Below are positions 1 through 11,778 of a stretch of 64,000 nucleotides of DNA, piece after piece (position 1 is the stretch's first letter; the number at the start of each line of letters is the position of its first letter). The stretch is from positions 496,001 through 560,000 of the forward strand of contig BAAIJX010000007.1 in the NCBI GenBank assembly GCA_054600435.1. The letters run 5' to 3'. The notes below the pieces were generated by a model. The model saw only the letters and a program-made list of their open reading frames with translations, did no database searches and was not told the origin of the DNA. The position numbers and the translations under genes are program-made. Origin of the DNA: Neophaeotheca triangularis (Eukaryota).

Positions 1-509
1 CAAGACCTACGCATCGGGCCCAGCGCAGGCTGCTCGATGTTCACGACCTCGTGGATCATGAACAGCGGGATGCAAGTCTCTGCTAGTCGGAGGCCGGGAA
101 CGTTGTACAGGGCGGGGACGTAACGCTGGGGATCCTGCTCCCGGCGAGCGACGGCGTCGACGACGCGGTAGACGGCGAGCTCGTAGATGCTGCCCGCGAT
201 GCCGTGCTGTTCCAAGCAGCGCCTTAGCATGTAGGGGACGCAGAAGGACTCGTCGGCCGAGAGGTAGTCGTCGGTGTCGATGTGGGTGACGATTTGGCCC
301 GTGGCGCTGATGTTGATGTCGTGCTCGCTCTCGCGAGGGTGCTTGCGGTCGTTGTTGACGATTTCTACCTTGCGCGCAAAGGGAAGGGTGCCGAGGATTG
401 GGTGGTCGCGTTCGATGAGGGTGAAGCCGCGGTGGAAGTACTCGAGCCCCGTGGCTGCTGGGAGGGAGCTGGGGATTGTGGGGGTCGTATTCGTTTGAGG
501 AGTCGCCAT
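1..509 (-). CDS. Hypothetical protein, 3' end runs off the window
   Basis: ATG at 509-507 opens a stop-free frame to base 1 (MATPQTNTTPTIPSSLPAATGLEYFHRGFTLIERDHPILGTLPFARKVEIVNNDRKHPRESEHDINISATGQIVTHIDTDDYLSADESFCVPYMLRRCLEQHG...). Codons are mostly C/G-ending. Absent from the ORF track because no stop lies in the window. Confidence 0.7.
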   Translation of the reverse strand, partial: MATPQTNTTPTIPSSLPAATGLEYFHRGFTLIERDHPILGTLPFARKVEIVNNDRKHPRESEHDINISATGQIVTHIDTDDYLSADESFCVPYMLRRCLEQHGIAGSIYELAVYRVVDAVARREQDPQRYVPALYNVPGLRLAETCIPLFMIHEVVNIEQPALGPMRRS

Positions 510-1305
510 GATGATGGATGTGGTGGACGATTGAATTCTATGTAGACAGTAGTCTTGATTGAGGTGTGGCTGTGGCTGCCTGGTGGGTATCCGACGTCGA
601 GACGCAATGGTATTCGAATGTATGGTTTTCTAGAAGAGTGCAATTGTCTTGAAAGTATTCGAGCTAGTACGTGAGTGGTCACTTGTGATAGATTGATGGT
701 TTGCAGAAGCAAGGTCTGATTTACAGCGATAGCAGAAGTTCCTGCTTTATGCTTGTAGCTTGTGAGGACATGAGGTACTACACGCCTCAATACGAAGACA
801 ATAGACCTAACCTAATCGATTCCTGCAACTTCTATTGTCCTCAAACAATTGCAAGTGCACCGTCGTATTTGTTTTCAGTAGGCTTACTACCACGTACTGT
901 AATTGGTGAAGTCCGACCCACTTTTCTCCGCGCTAGCGTGAGGACAAGTGAAGGGACTTGCTACTAAGCAAGATCGCCCAAAGCGACAATCACGCCTAGC
1001 TCAAGGCGGAAAGAACGATGGTCAGACTCTGGAAACCAAAACAACCGACGGAAAAGATCAATCGCGAGTATCTGTAGTATACCATGATATAGCGCTTCAA
1101 TTCAAGCGGAGACCGTCCAGAACGACCATGTTTAGCACTACGTGAGAGAGAACGACCAGACTCGAGACATTTGAACAGCGAAACAACACACTTAAACCGA
1201 TTCGAAGATATTAGCAGAATACAAAACCCCGAATCAACCCCAGAAACAAAGCCGCCCAAGGCGAAGAACAAAACCCCAATGCATCACCCCCTTCGCTCCT
1301 CAAGC

Positions 1306-2139
1306 CTAAAAAACCCCCTCTTCATGCCTCAGCCTCTCGCGCCCGCTAGCAAGCTCCTCGGCAATCATCTCGCAAACCAGACTCCCGTCGGCGTAGTCTG
1401 GGCCGAGCTCGCCATCATCATCGCTCTGGCTCTCGCTCTCGCTCTCGCCGTCACCATCGCTATCGCTGTCGCTGTCCACGGAAGTCTCCTCACTGCCAAA
1501 AGACCCTGAGCTGCAAGCTCCGCTCCCATCAACAAGCGTGGCGACCCCACTCCCCCAGCTGCCCAAATCCCCTCCATCGCCCTCATCCTCATCGCCCTCG
1601 TCGACCCCGCGACCACCAACCTCAGCCTCTACCCCCACCTTCCGCCACACCCTCCGCCCCCTCCCAAAGCTCCCGCCCACAGCTTCCAGCCTCGGTGAGA
1701 GAAGCACCCGGTCCGGTTGTTTAGCCGCTCTTTCATGCTGCCGAGGCTCTTCAGGCGAGGGGAACTGAGTTACCAGACGCAGGGGAGCGAGAAGGGTGCG
1801 ACGCGTTGGGAGGACAGGAGAGAGCGGCAGACCGCCAATTTTCTTCACGGTGGTGTCTGCGGCGATGGCGGCGGCGACGTTGGTAGCGACCGCGGTCGCC
1901 CCGCGTCGGCCCTGGATGACCACTTTGGCAGGCAAGGGCGGTGTTTGGGACGACGGGTTTTCTTCCTGCTGGTTTTGGGTTTTGCGCTTGGTTTGTTCGG
2001 GATTTTGGCGGAGAAGAGATTCAGAATCGTGGAAGTAGTTTTGTTGTTTGACGCGGCGGAAAGACCAAGCTTGAAAGTTGTGGAAGCGATTGGGTGGGGG
2101 GATGGCGCGGGGCTGGTTGGTTTGGGTAAGGATGGACAT
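1306..2139 (-). CDS. Hypothetical low-complexity protein, 277 aa, with acidic Ser/Asp/Glu tail
   Basis: ATG-started ORF in AAAATG context with the C-rich 5' / G-rich 3' composition of neighbouring genes. No recognisable domain. Confidence 0.55.
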   Translation of the reverse strand: MSILTQTNQPRAIPPPNRFHNFQAWSFRRVKQQNYFHDSESLLRQNPEQTKRKTQNQQEENPSSQTPPLPAKVVIQGRRGATAVATNVAAAIAADTTVKKIGGLPLSPVLPTRRTLLAPLRLVTQFPSPEEPRQHERAAKQPDRVLLSPRLEAVGGSFGRGRRVWRKVGVEAEVGGRGVDEGDEDEGDGGDLGSWGSGVATLVDGSGACSSGSFGSEETSVDSDSDSDGDGESESESQSDDDGELGPDYADGSLVCEMIAEELASGRERLRHEEGVF

Positions 2140-2210
2140 TTTTGTTGTTGGTTTGGGTACGGGGGCTTCGTGGGCTATGGAGTTGAGTGGTCGAGTGGTT
2201 TTTGTTTATT

Positions 2211-2237
2211 ATTGATTGATTGATTGACTGATTGATT
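2211..2237. repeat. (ATTG)n microsatellite
   Basis: attgattgattgattgactgattgatt, one mismatch. Confidence 0.85.
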
Positions 2238-2582
2238 TGGGATGGTGCTTGCGTTGTTGCTGTGAAATCGACTTGGAAATGGAGTTGAGGATTGGTTCGA
2301 ATTGGAAGATGGTACTTATACTTGGAGTCTCCGCTCGACGTCGTTGATCTTTCTCATGTCCTCCGTGTACGGATTTTTCAAAGACGCTGCTCGGGATGCT
2401 GACCAGCTGGTAAGACTAGAAAGAGAGTAATGTCCTCACCTAGGCTTTTGAGACGACTAAAGGTTCTGCTTACCAAAACGCTCCATCTCATAGGTCGAAG
2501 AAGAAATATTTGATTCATTACGTCTTTTCGCCTAGTTACATCGTAAACAGTTTGCCCTATCGTCTTTACATCACAGCGACCT

Positions 2583-4083
2583 TTACGCCTTCTCAGCCTG
2601 GTCGAGCAAGCCCTGCAAGTTCATCGACTTGGGCCTTTCAATGGGCAGGCCGAGTGCGCGGTCCCAGATCAACTGCGCGAGCGGGCCCAAACCTCTGCTG
2701 ACACCGAAAGTCGCAGTGTAGTATAGCGTCTCCTTGAAGCCGTAATGATGGAAGAGCACGCCAGAGCTGCTGTCAACGTTCGGGAAGGGGTTCTTGGTCT
2801 TGCCGTGTTCAGTCAATACACCAGGCGCGACCTCGCTGTTCTTCTTGACGAGCTGGAAGACGGGGTCCTTGGCGATGTCCTCACGAGCACTGGCGAAGTC
2901 CATGAGGGCTTCGAAGCGAGGATCGGGTTTGCGTAGGACTGCGTGGCCGTAGCCGGGAATGACTCGGCCGGACTTGAGGGTCGTCCAGAGGTAGTCCTTG
3001 ACGTCTTGCTCGGTGAAGTTTGTGCCAACGTGCTCTTGCATTTGGAGGATCCATCGCAGGACCTCCTGAGCTGCCAGACCGTGGAGCGGTCCTGCGAGGC
3101 CTTGCAAACCGGCAGAGTAGGAGAGGAAGGGGTCCGACAGTGCGGAGCCAACAAGGTGAGTAGCGTGGGCGCTGACGTTGCCACCCTCGTGGTCGCCGTG
3201 GAGAGCCAGGTACAACCTCAACAGATCTTGGAAGCCTTCATTCTCCTTGCCTCCCTTTCCAAGCATGGCAGCGAAGTTGTACGACCAGTCCTGTGATTCG
3301 TCGATCTTAGCTGGCAGAGCACCACCACCACGGTAAGCGTTTTGGTAGATTTTTGCTGCAATGGTCGGCAGCTTGGCGAGCAGAGAGATGGAGTCGTCAA
3401 ATGTGGGCTCCCAGTAGTCGGCCTTGTTCATGCCCTGCTCGTACATCTTGGCGAACTTACTCTCGTAGTTCAAAGCCGAGACGGCGCAAGCGAATTGGGT
3501 CATGGGGTGAAGGTCCTTGGGAAAGTCATCCAACATCTTTTCAACAAAGGCGGGAATACCAGCCTTCTGTGCGAGCTCTTTGCTGAAGGTTCGAACTTGC
3601 GATACGCTGGGGACCTGACCGGTGAGGAGCAGCCAGAACATGGCTTCGGGAAGCATCTCGGTGCCAGAAGTACCCTTGGGAAGTTCCTTTTGACAGTCCT
3701 TGATGGTTCGGCCGTGGAAACGAATACCCTCGTTGGCGTCCAGAACGGAACCCTCCCAGACCATAGCCTTTAGACCTCGCATGCCGCCGAGAGTGTTCTC
3801 AATCTTGACATCGCCAATCGACTTGTGGCTTTGAGCCTTGACCTTCTTGAGTAGCTCTCGCTTCTCTGGGATGACGGACTTGAGCGTCTCCTTGAGATCG
3901 GGCTCGGATGTGGCATAGTTGCGGGTGGATTGGAAAGCGATGGGGGTGCTCTTGGAGAGCTGGGAAAGGTTAGTTGATACACAGCTCTGCCTGAAGCCCT
4001 CGAGACTCGGCTGATCTGTGGGAACATGTGCTTACCTGGGACGCTCTCAGCGCCCTAGAGGCGGTCCTAGTAGACAAAGACAT
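2583..4083 (-). CDS. mcsA: 2-methylcitrate synthase, mitochondrial (citrate synthase family)
   Basis: Exon 1 4083-4036 (MSLSTRTASRALRASQ, Arg/Ser-rich presequence), intron 4035-3960 (GTAAGC...CAG), exon 2 to stop at 2583. Motifs DHEGGNVSAH, GLAGPLHG, GYGHAVLRKPDPR, NPFPNVD. ALHGDHEGG, GLAAQEVLRW and KTKNP match the fungal methylcitrate synthase clade rather than CitA. Confidence 0.9.
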
Positions 4084-4555
4084 TGCGTGGTATGGACGAA
4101 TAAGTTGATTGCAGGCTACAGAACGCAAAGGGACCGAAAAATGCAAAAGTCGACCTCCCAAGGTAAGGTAGGTAAGCTAGCTAGGGTAATGTATGAAAGT
4201 GTCGGGTACCTGAGAGTTGCATTCGATCTGCCCGCTAGCCCGCCGGTTGCCATTGCCATTCATCCTCGGCTTAAAGAGAGCTGGAGCTGGAGGTCATTAG
4301 TATTAGGTACTTATTAATCACGTGTTTCAACGTTTCTGCCTCATAAGTCAGGCCAATATGACTTCCCCCGCGCGAATCTAACACGGTCGCGTCTGTGGTC
4401 GCGCTTGCCGCTTTGGTCGTCATTCTTCCCAACCACCGGGCAGCTGCATCTTTCATTTCACGGTGGTCACCTTTCGTCCAGAGCGTCTACTTAGTACAAT
4501 TCCTTTCCTTCAACCCCTTGCGATAAGAGATACACCCTATCTTCCCCACGACGCC

Positions 4556-5323
4556 ATGGCCAAAACAGCAAAATCAACCTCAGACGTCCACACCCGCAAA
4601 CGCCCCTACCAACCCTCCATCACCAGCTTTTTCAACCGCAATGCCGACTTAACTGCCTCTGGACTCGATGCCGGAGATCTAACTTCACCACTCTCCCCAC
4701 CTCTCCCCGCCGAAACCCAAGCCTCACTCCTCAGCGTAGGCATGCGTGTGCGCAAATCTGTACCGGAAGGCTACAAAACCCACAAGACTCTTGGTCCGGA
4801 TGGCTTTCCCTTCCCAAGCACGGCGCCAACGGCAGTCGCGGCGCAAAGACCGATGTACAACAGCCAAGACTCTTCGAGAGAGTTGACACCGTTCTGCGGC
4901 TTGCACAAGACGGGGGGTTTCGGGCAACAGGAGGGTGGTTGGGTGCCTGCTAGCTCTGCGCCGGCGGCGATGCAGGGACAGGAGGATGAGGAGCCTGTGA
5001 TGCCCGGGTTGAGTATGTCGCAATCTACATTATCGGGCACTCAGGGTAGTTTTGGGGATTCGGGTAGAGGTTCTGGAGTTGCTGCGCACAAGAAGAGGGG
5101 TTTTGAAGAGGATATTGAGGATGACATGGACGACTACTTTGATGAGGTGGATTCTTTAGATGTGAGCAAGTCTGGGTATGGTGGTGCGGAGAGGCCTATG
5201 GCTAGGCTGAAGGGAGCGATGAAAGGGACTGCCTCTGCGGTCACAGTGCGCGGCGTGGGCGATGATGATTTTGAGGAAGCAGGTTTCTTGGCACCACGAG
5301 ATGGTATGGATGTTGATGCATGA
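4556..5323 (+). CDS. Ribonucleotide reductase inhibitor-family protein (Spd1/Dif1-like)
   Basis: First ATG at 4556 (GCCATGG). Contains QASLLSVGMRVRKSVPEGYK, the hallmark of the fungal RNR-inhibitor family, and an N-terminal QPSITSFF PIP-box-like motif followed by NR. Otherwise disordered and acidic. Confidence 0.8.
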   Translation: MAKTAKSTSDVHTRKRPYQPSITSFFNRNADLTASGLDAGDLTSPLSPPLPAETQASLLSVGMRVRKSVPEGYKTHKTLGPDGFPFPSTAPTAVAAQRPMYNSQDSSRELTPFCGLHKTGGFGQQEGGWVPASSAPAAMQGQEDEEPVMPGLSMSQSTLSGTQGSFGDSGRGSGVAAHKKRGFEEDIEDDMDDYFDEVDSLDVSKSGYGGAERPMARLKGAMKGTASAVTVRGVGDDDFEEAGFLAPRDGMDVDA

Positions 5324-6135
5324 GAGTCACCAGTACCTCTATGTATACTGCCGACAAGCACGGGGGGCTCTTTTGGGTACCCAAGGGGAGAGCAACTGGG
5401 CTAGGCAGGAGATGGTCATGAGGCGCAATGGTATACCCACTTGATAGCGTTTTGGGAAAAGGGTCACGTGTAGGGAGCGTGCTGCGCTTCGCGGTTATCT
5501 TGGCTGCATGTTTCTACATGCGTCGTGTTTTAAATGTATATTTTCGGTGTACAGTCTCACCACTGCTGCTGTCGATACTGAGTCAGTGTATGTTCATAAG
5601 TGGATTCAAGCAGCGAATTGTGCAGGACGAATACGATATGCCGTCGTCATAGCACGTGACGGGTCAAACAGCCCACATAGTAGTAAACAAGACAGCGAAA
5701 GTTGACCTCTCCTGAAGCTTGACCTGACAACGACATACGGCCAAAATTCTCGACGGAGAACCTCACCTGCAACCAACAAAGCACTTTCGTATCTCACGAC
5801 TTTTCTCTCTTTTCAACCTTCCTCCATCTCGTGCTACCATACCTTGCCTTCTCTCGTACCAACCCTGCGTCTGCCAAATCCCGCGCCGAGTAGGCCGCTG
5901 CAAGCTGCTGCACCACCACTAGCTCTGTCCCACACGCCGCTGCTGGCTTTCTTCAGACTTGCACAGGCGGTAAACACTCAATTCCACCTCTACCTTTCGA
6001 CCGCCTCTTAGCGACGTTCTCAACTCTACCCACCACCGCCACCACCCTCACCTCCCCGACAGGTGCATGCAAAACGCTGCATAGCCACTCCACCTTCTCT
6101 CCTTTGACTCCGACATCACTCCCACTCGCGACACC

Positions 6136-9100
6136 ATGGACGTCAACCAGGTCCTCGCCGGGACCTTGAATCCGGGTATGCAACAGCGAAAACTGCTGCA
6201 AACCACACACTCTGCCGCCTGCTAACACTGAACACCTTCTAGACACCAGCATACGCACTCAAGCAGAGCAGCAATTGTCACAGGCCGCAGAGGCTGACTT
6301 TGTAAGTTCTCACCCCCACTAAGCCGGAAGCATTCACACCAAACAGTCTTTCGCTAACCTTACTTCAGGCCGGCTACCTCTCGACACTCTCCCGCGAACT
6401 CGCCAACGAAGATGCGCAGCCCCAAGTCCGTGTGGCCGCCGGTCTCGCCCTCAAAAACTCCTTCTCCGCACGCGACTTCACCCGCCTACGAGAGGTTCAA
6501 AACAGATGGCTCAACCAGATTGACCAGTCAACCAAGCTTCAAGTGAAGAACCTTGCGCTGCAAACCCTGGGTAGCAATGACAGCAGGGCAGGCCAGTCAG
6601 CTGCGCAATTCATCGCTTCGATTGCTGCCATGGAAATACCGCGGGAGCAGTGGCCTGAGCTTATGCCAGCGCTGGTGGAGAACGTGGGCAGCGGGCAAGA
6701 TTCGAAAAAGCAGGCCAGCTTGACAGCTATCGGTTTCATTTGTGAGACGGACGACCAGGATCTCAGGGACAGCCTCGCCCAGCACAGCAATGCTATTCTC
6801 ACTGCTGTGGTTCAGGGTGCCAGGAAGGAAGAGCCCAACGCAGATGTTCGCAACGCTGCCATCACGGCGCTCGGCGACTCGCTCGAATTTGTTAGAACCA
6901 ACTTCGAAAACGAGGGCGAGAGGAACTACATCATGCAGGTCATCTGCGAGGCCACCCAAGCAGACGACAACAGGATCCAGCAGGGCTCGTACGGCTGCCT
7001 CAACAGAATCATGGGTCTGTACTACGAAAAGATGAGATTCTACATGGAGAAGGCACTTTTCGGCCTTACCATCCAGGGCATGAAGAGTGACGAGGAGGAT
7101 GTTGCCAAGCTTGCTGTCGAGTTCTGGTGCACAGTCTGCGAAGAGGAAATCAGCATCGAAGACGACAACGAGCAAGCACAGGCCGAGGGCACAGGCGCGA
7201 TTCGCGAGCACTTCAACTTTGCCCGCATCGCTACTGGCGAGGTTATGCCCGTTCTGCTTGAACTCTTGGCCCACCAAGACGAGGACGCCACCGACGATGA
7301 ATACAACGTCTCCCGTGCTGCCTACCAGTGCGTTCAGCTTTGGGCCCAGGCTACCGGCTCTCAAGTCGTCAAGCCGGTGCTCGAGTTTGTTGAGAAGCAC
7401 CTGCGCAACGAGGATTGGCATTACCGTGATGCGGCGGTGTCGGCGTTTGGCGGCATCATGGAAGGTCCTGAGGACAAGGTTCTTGACCCCTTGGTGAAGC
7501 AAGCTCTCCCTGTTCTCATCACGATGATGGATGACAGCGTCGTTCAAGTCAAGGACTCTGCTGCCTACGCCCTTGGCCGTATCTGCGAGGCTATGAGCGA
7601 GAGCATCGACCCGCAACAAAACCTGCCCGACCTCATTCGGTCTCTGTTCCAAGGCTTGGCTTCTCATCCCAGAATGGCCAGCAGCTGCTGCTGGGCTTTG
7701 ATGAACCTTGCGGATCGATTTGCTGGCGAGCCAGGCTGCGAGACCAATGCCCTCAGCCAGCACTTCCAAGCCAGTGTTGGACATCTCCTTCAAGTTACCG
7801 AGATGACCCAGGACAGCACGCTTCGCACGGCGGCTTACGAGGTGCTCAACGCTTTCGTCACAAACGCCGCAAACGACAGCGTGCCCATGGTTGCCGAGCT
7901 TTCCAACGTGATCCTCGAGCGTCTGGAGAAGACTATCCCAATGCAGCAGCAAGTCGTCAGTGTCGAAGACCGCCTGACTCTTGAAGAGATCCAGACATCT
8001 CTCACCTCTGTGGTGATTGCCATCATCCAGCGCGTCGAGAAGGAGATTGCGCCTTCAGCCGACCGCATTATGCAGATCTTCCTGCAGATCCTCTCGTCTG
8101 TGCCTGCCAAGTCCTCGGTACCGGATACAGTGTTTACTGGTGTCGGAGCCATCGCCAACGCCCTCGAGGACGGCTTCGACAAGTACATGCAGTCATTCTC
8201 GCCCTTCTTGCACAACGCCCTCAACAACCAAGAAGAGCCCGCTCTCTGCGCTGTGGCCATCGGTCTTGTTTCGGACATTACCCGTGCCCTCGAAGACAAG
8301 GTTGCCCCTTACTGCGACGGTTTCATGAACGCACTCCTCAACAATCTTCGTGTAGGTGACCGCCATAGTGCAGCCCTTTTGGTGGCTGCAGCAAATTTCG
8401 TCCAAAATGGTAATACTGACCTTTTTGACCACATTCAGAGCCAGACACTTGGTAACCAGTTCAAGCCGGCCATTCTTCAGTGCTTTGGCGATATTGCTCA
8501 GGCCATTGGCGGCGGCTTTGAGGTTTACCTTTCCGTCGTCGGTCAAGTGCTGCAGCAGGCCGCCGGTATTACCGTGCAGTCGGACACCAATTTCGAGATG
8601 CTCGACTACATTGTCTCTCTGCGTGAAGGCATCATGGATGCTTGGGGCGGCATCATCATGGCGATGAGGGCCGGCGACAAGGGTGAGCACACGCACGCTG
8701 CTACACGGACTCGTGGTGGATCACTAACAGGCTTCCCAGCCAACCTCCTCCGCGACCACATTGAGAGCATCTTCAACTTGCTCAGCATTGTGTACAACGA
8801 CCCTAACAGGACCGAGGCGTTGCTCAGGTCGTCAATGGGCGTTGTCGGCGACATCTCTGAAGCCTTCCCTAACGGCGAATTCAGCCACTACTTCCGCGCC
8901 GACTGGCTCACGACCATGGCCCGCGATACCCGCTCCAACAAGGAATTCTCCTCCAGGACCCAAGAGACGGCCAGATGGGCTAGGGAGCAAATCAAGAAAC
9001 AAGCTGGTAAGACCCATTCCGATCCCTGTGCCTTTCCCGCGATGCGATTCCTCTGACTGCTCTCTCACCTTGCGAAGAAGTGGTCAAGCGAGCCGCTCAC

Positions 9101-9200
9101 GGCGACTTTGATGCACAGTGGCAGGCGCAAACGTAATGTCATCAAACATACTTACTGACCCTGACGTGAAGCTGCCGCAAGCAATGTGCAAATGTCCTGA
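6136..9200 (+). CDS. KAP95: Importin subunit beta-1 (karyopherin beta, HEAT repeats)
   Basis: ATG 6136 (MDVNQVLAGTLNP). Introns 6176-6242, 6302-6368, 8352-8438, 8683-8739 and from 9007. Motifs IRTQAEQQL, AAGLALKN, WPELMPAL, ERNYIMQVICEATQ, EFWCTVCEEE, ARWAREQIK. Last exon uncertain: acceptor 9171 gives stop 9198-9200; acceptor 9077/9080 gives stop 9134-9136. Confidence 0.95.
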
Positions 9201-10590
9201 AGCAGCTGTTTAGGCAGACTCCAGCTCCCCTACCATCGCCCTTGCTCACACGGCCTGAAGCCACTGGAAAGAAGCGGACAGCATGTTTGGCGGTTGACGA
9301 GCGTCGGCTTGCAGCGACCTTCGCAAGCTGCCCCAACAACGGCTTGATTATATCTGCTGGACAACCTGGCGACTAAACAAGCACTGCCCTTCTTCCTCGA
9401 CAATGACGCAGATCTGGGTATCTACCGAAAACCAAGCGCTCAATCAGGTCGTCAGCCCTCCGCGACATCTTCGCCGAATGCCCATCCAGCACCCACCGCC
9501 TAAATCCGCATGCCACCGTCCTACCCTTCCAACGACCACCGCCACGATCCACGCTGCCAAATCCACCGCCCATCATCTCCATCCTCACCACCAGCCCGAG
9601 CACGACCTTCACCGGTAAAGCTTCACCCAGCATACATTCCACGCCAACCATCGCCCAATCCCACACCGCACGCACGATCCATCATCCACGCCCTTGAACG
9701 CACGCACCCACGAAACACATGTCCGGGAAAGTCTACCGCTATCTATCATCAGGAGGCGGGATGTTATCCGAGGAGGACACAAGGGGGAAGGACACCTGTT
9801 TAGCACTTGCACTAATCATTGCACTGATACCCAACAACATTTTCCGATTAACCTTTGTCTGTCGCCGTTGCTTACTTGTTGGAGATGGAGGAGGGAGGCA
9901 ATGACCAGCATAGCGAGATGGGCAGGCTACTGCAAGGACGGCTCTTACCGTTCGGCTTGGCTGGGCGGAACGGAGGTGCGGTTGTTCTTCTCTCGTATAG
10001 ATTTTCTTGAATCACTCTGTTCCATCCAAACCAAACCCCAGGCCTTGACAATTGTCACAATCCGACTTTTCGACTCAGTTCGTCTGACCCGATGGTCTGC
10101 ACGTTGCACAAGCGTCATACATTGTTGACAAGTTATTGTCAAACCACGCGAAGTACAGCATTATCACTTTCAACGACGATGCACAGTAGCAGTACTGTCG
10201 TCACCAGAGATATAGACGGACATGCAACGATAGATGGCAACGATCGACACGGCTATGGAAGACGGGACAGTTGCGTGGAACGGGAGTGCTGCTGTTTTGT
10301 CACATAGATTTTCCTGCGTTGCTGATCCATTCAATATGTCAAGTGATGTCTGCAATCCAACTGTTTTCTCTCGCAGCACTACATCTGCACTCAAAATACT
10401 AAATACTAAATATATAATAAAAGGAGTATATGAAGGTTCAACGACTAGTAGGTGAGTACTATATTTACATTAACCTGCCACGAAAACCTCGCAACATAAT
10501 TGGTTACTACATCTGCATTCAAACACTACCCACCCACCATTCATCACTAAGACCCCCTCCCCTCCCCTCCCCCATTTCATCCGATTGCCC

Positions 10591-11572
10591 TCACAATTTA
10601 TTCCTCCCCCACATACTGCCCCCGTCGAGCACAACATGCCCGCCATTAACATGCCCACCCGCCCTAGAGCAAAGATAAACAACCGTCCCGGCGATATCCT
10701 CAGGCCGTCCGAGTCGTCGATTCGGCGTCGCATCCGCCAACATCTGCGTGCCCCCCGTCAATTCCATGAGCCCGTTCGCCATCTTTGTGGGGAAAAAGCC
10801 CGGCGCGATGCTGTTGCATAATATGTTCTGCGGGCCGAGTTCCACCGCCAGGTTTCGCGTTAGGTGTAGAGCTGCCGCTTTGGAAGCCGAGTACCCGAAT
10901 GTTGCGTTTGCGCCCAGGGAGCCCACGTTCAGACCGGCCACGGAAGCGGTTACGAGGACGCGGGAGGGGTCTTCGAGGGTCGCGCGGGCGCGGAGGAGGG
11001 GCGCGAATCTGGGAAATAGAGCAAGGTTAGCAGGCAGGTGTACACTTACACGGCAGCGTGACTGGCAGGCAGAGTGCCTCCTTGTCCCGGGTCACGAGAG
11101 AGAGAGAGACAAAGAGACAAAGAGAGAGAAGAGGAGAGAAAACGCACTTCTGCACGCTGACGAAAACGCTCTTGACGTTCAAATCCATGACTTTCTGAAA
11201 CCCATCCTCGGGGTGCTCGTCAAAAGGCGCTCCCCACGTGGCGCCGGCATTGGCAAACAAGATGTCCACGTGCCGTGTCTCCGTTTCCACCTCCTTGACC
11301 AACCTCTCCACTTCCCCGGCCTTTGCGATATCGGCCGGCACAGAGTAGGCTTTTCCCTTTATATTGGGCAGGGCATTGAGAGCCGCGACGGCTTCCTCGC
11401 ACGCCTTGGCTTTGCGCGAGGTTATGAAGACTTTGGCGCAGCCTGCTTGGAGGAGACCGCTGGCGGCGTGGAGGCCTAGGCCGCGTGAGCCTCCCGTGAC
11501 CACGGCGACTTTGCCGCTGAGGCTGAAGAGGCTGCCGAAGTTGTCGAGTTTGACGTCGGCTTCGGCGGACAT
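10591..11572 (-). CDS. Short-chain dehydrogenase/reductase (RhlG/FabG-like), probably peroxisomal
   Basis: TGGSRGLG cofactor motif, NAG, catalytic YSASK, NSIAPG. One intron 11147-11009 joins the two ORF-track pieces in frame. Ends in -NKL, a PTS1-like tripeptide. Confidence 0.9.
11095..11140. repeat. GA/TC-rich microsatellite inside the SDR intron
   Basis: gagagagagagagacaaagagacaaagagagagaagaggagagaa within the 139-nt intron. Confidence 0.8.
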
Positions 11573-11746
11573 CTTTTGGGGAGAGGGGGGGAGCGGGGTT
11601 GTTGAGGGGTGGGTAGGATTTGTTGTTGGGGTAGATGTGCGCGGAGAGAGAGATTGTGTGTGTGTTGGAGCAGAAAGTCCGGTATACAGAGTGAGAGACG
11701 GTGATATCTACTGACTACTACCTTTCTACGTGGTTGATGTTTAGGC

Positions 11747-11778
11747 CCTCGGTTGCGATGTTGGAACAATTGCCTCGG
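11747..11778. promoter_or_regulatory. Pair of CCTCGG motifs (FarA/FarB-type fatty-acid response elements)
   Basis: CCTCGG at 11747-11752 and 11773-11778, about 175-205 bp upstream of the SDR start codon. Confidence 0.55.

Noticed and set aside
2570..2585. Cryptic peroxisomal signal by readthrough of the mcsA stop
   Set aside because: The stop is TAA, not a leaky TGA-CTA context, and the extension ends RSL, which is not a PTS1.
6597..7952. 451-codon antisense ORF within KAP95, and similar long antisense ORFs elsewhere
   Set aside because: Explained by biased codon usage of the sense gene; no recognisable domain.
9100..9150. H/ACA snoRNA in the last KAP95 intron (stem followed by ACA)
   Set aside because: No ANANNA H box or convincing first hairpin was found. 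Kept only as a possible structured element.
9373..10455. Short overlapping ORFs downstream of KAP95
   Set aside because: Low-complexity C/A-rich sequence consistent with a 3' UTR or intergenic DNA; no domain evidence.
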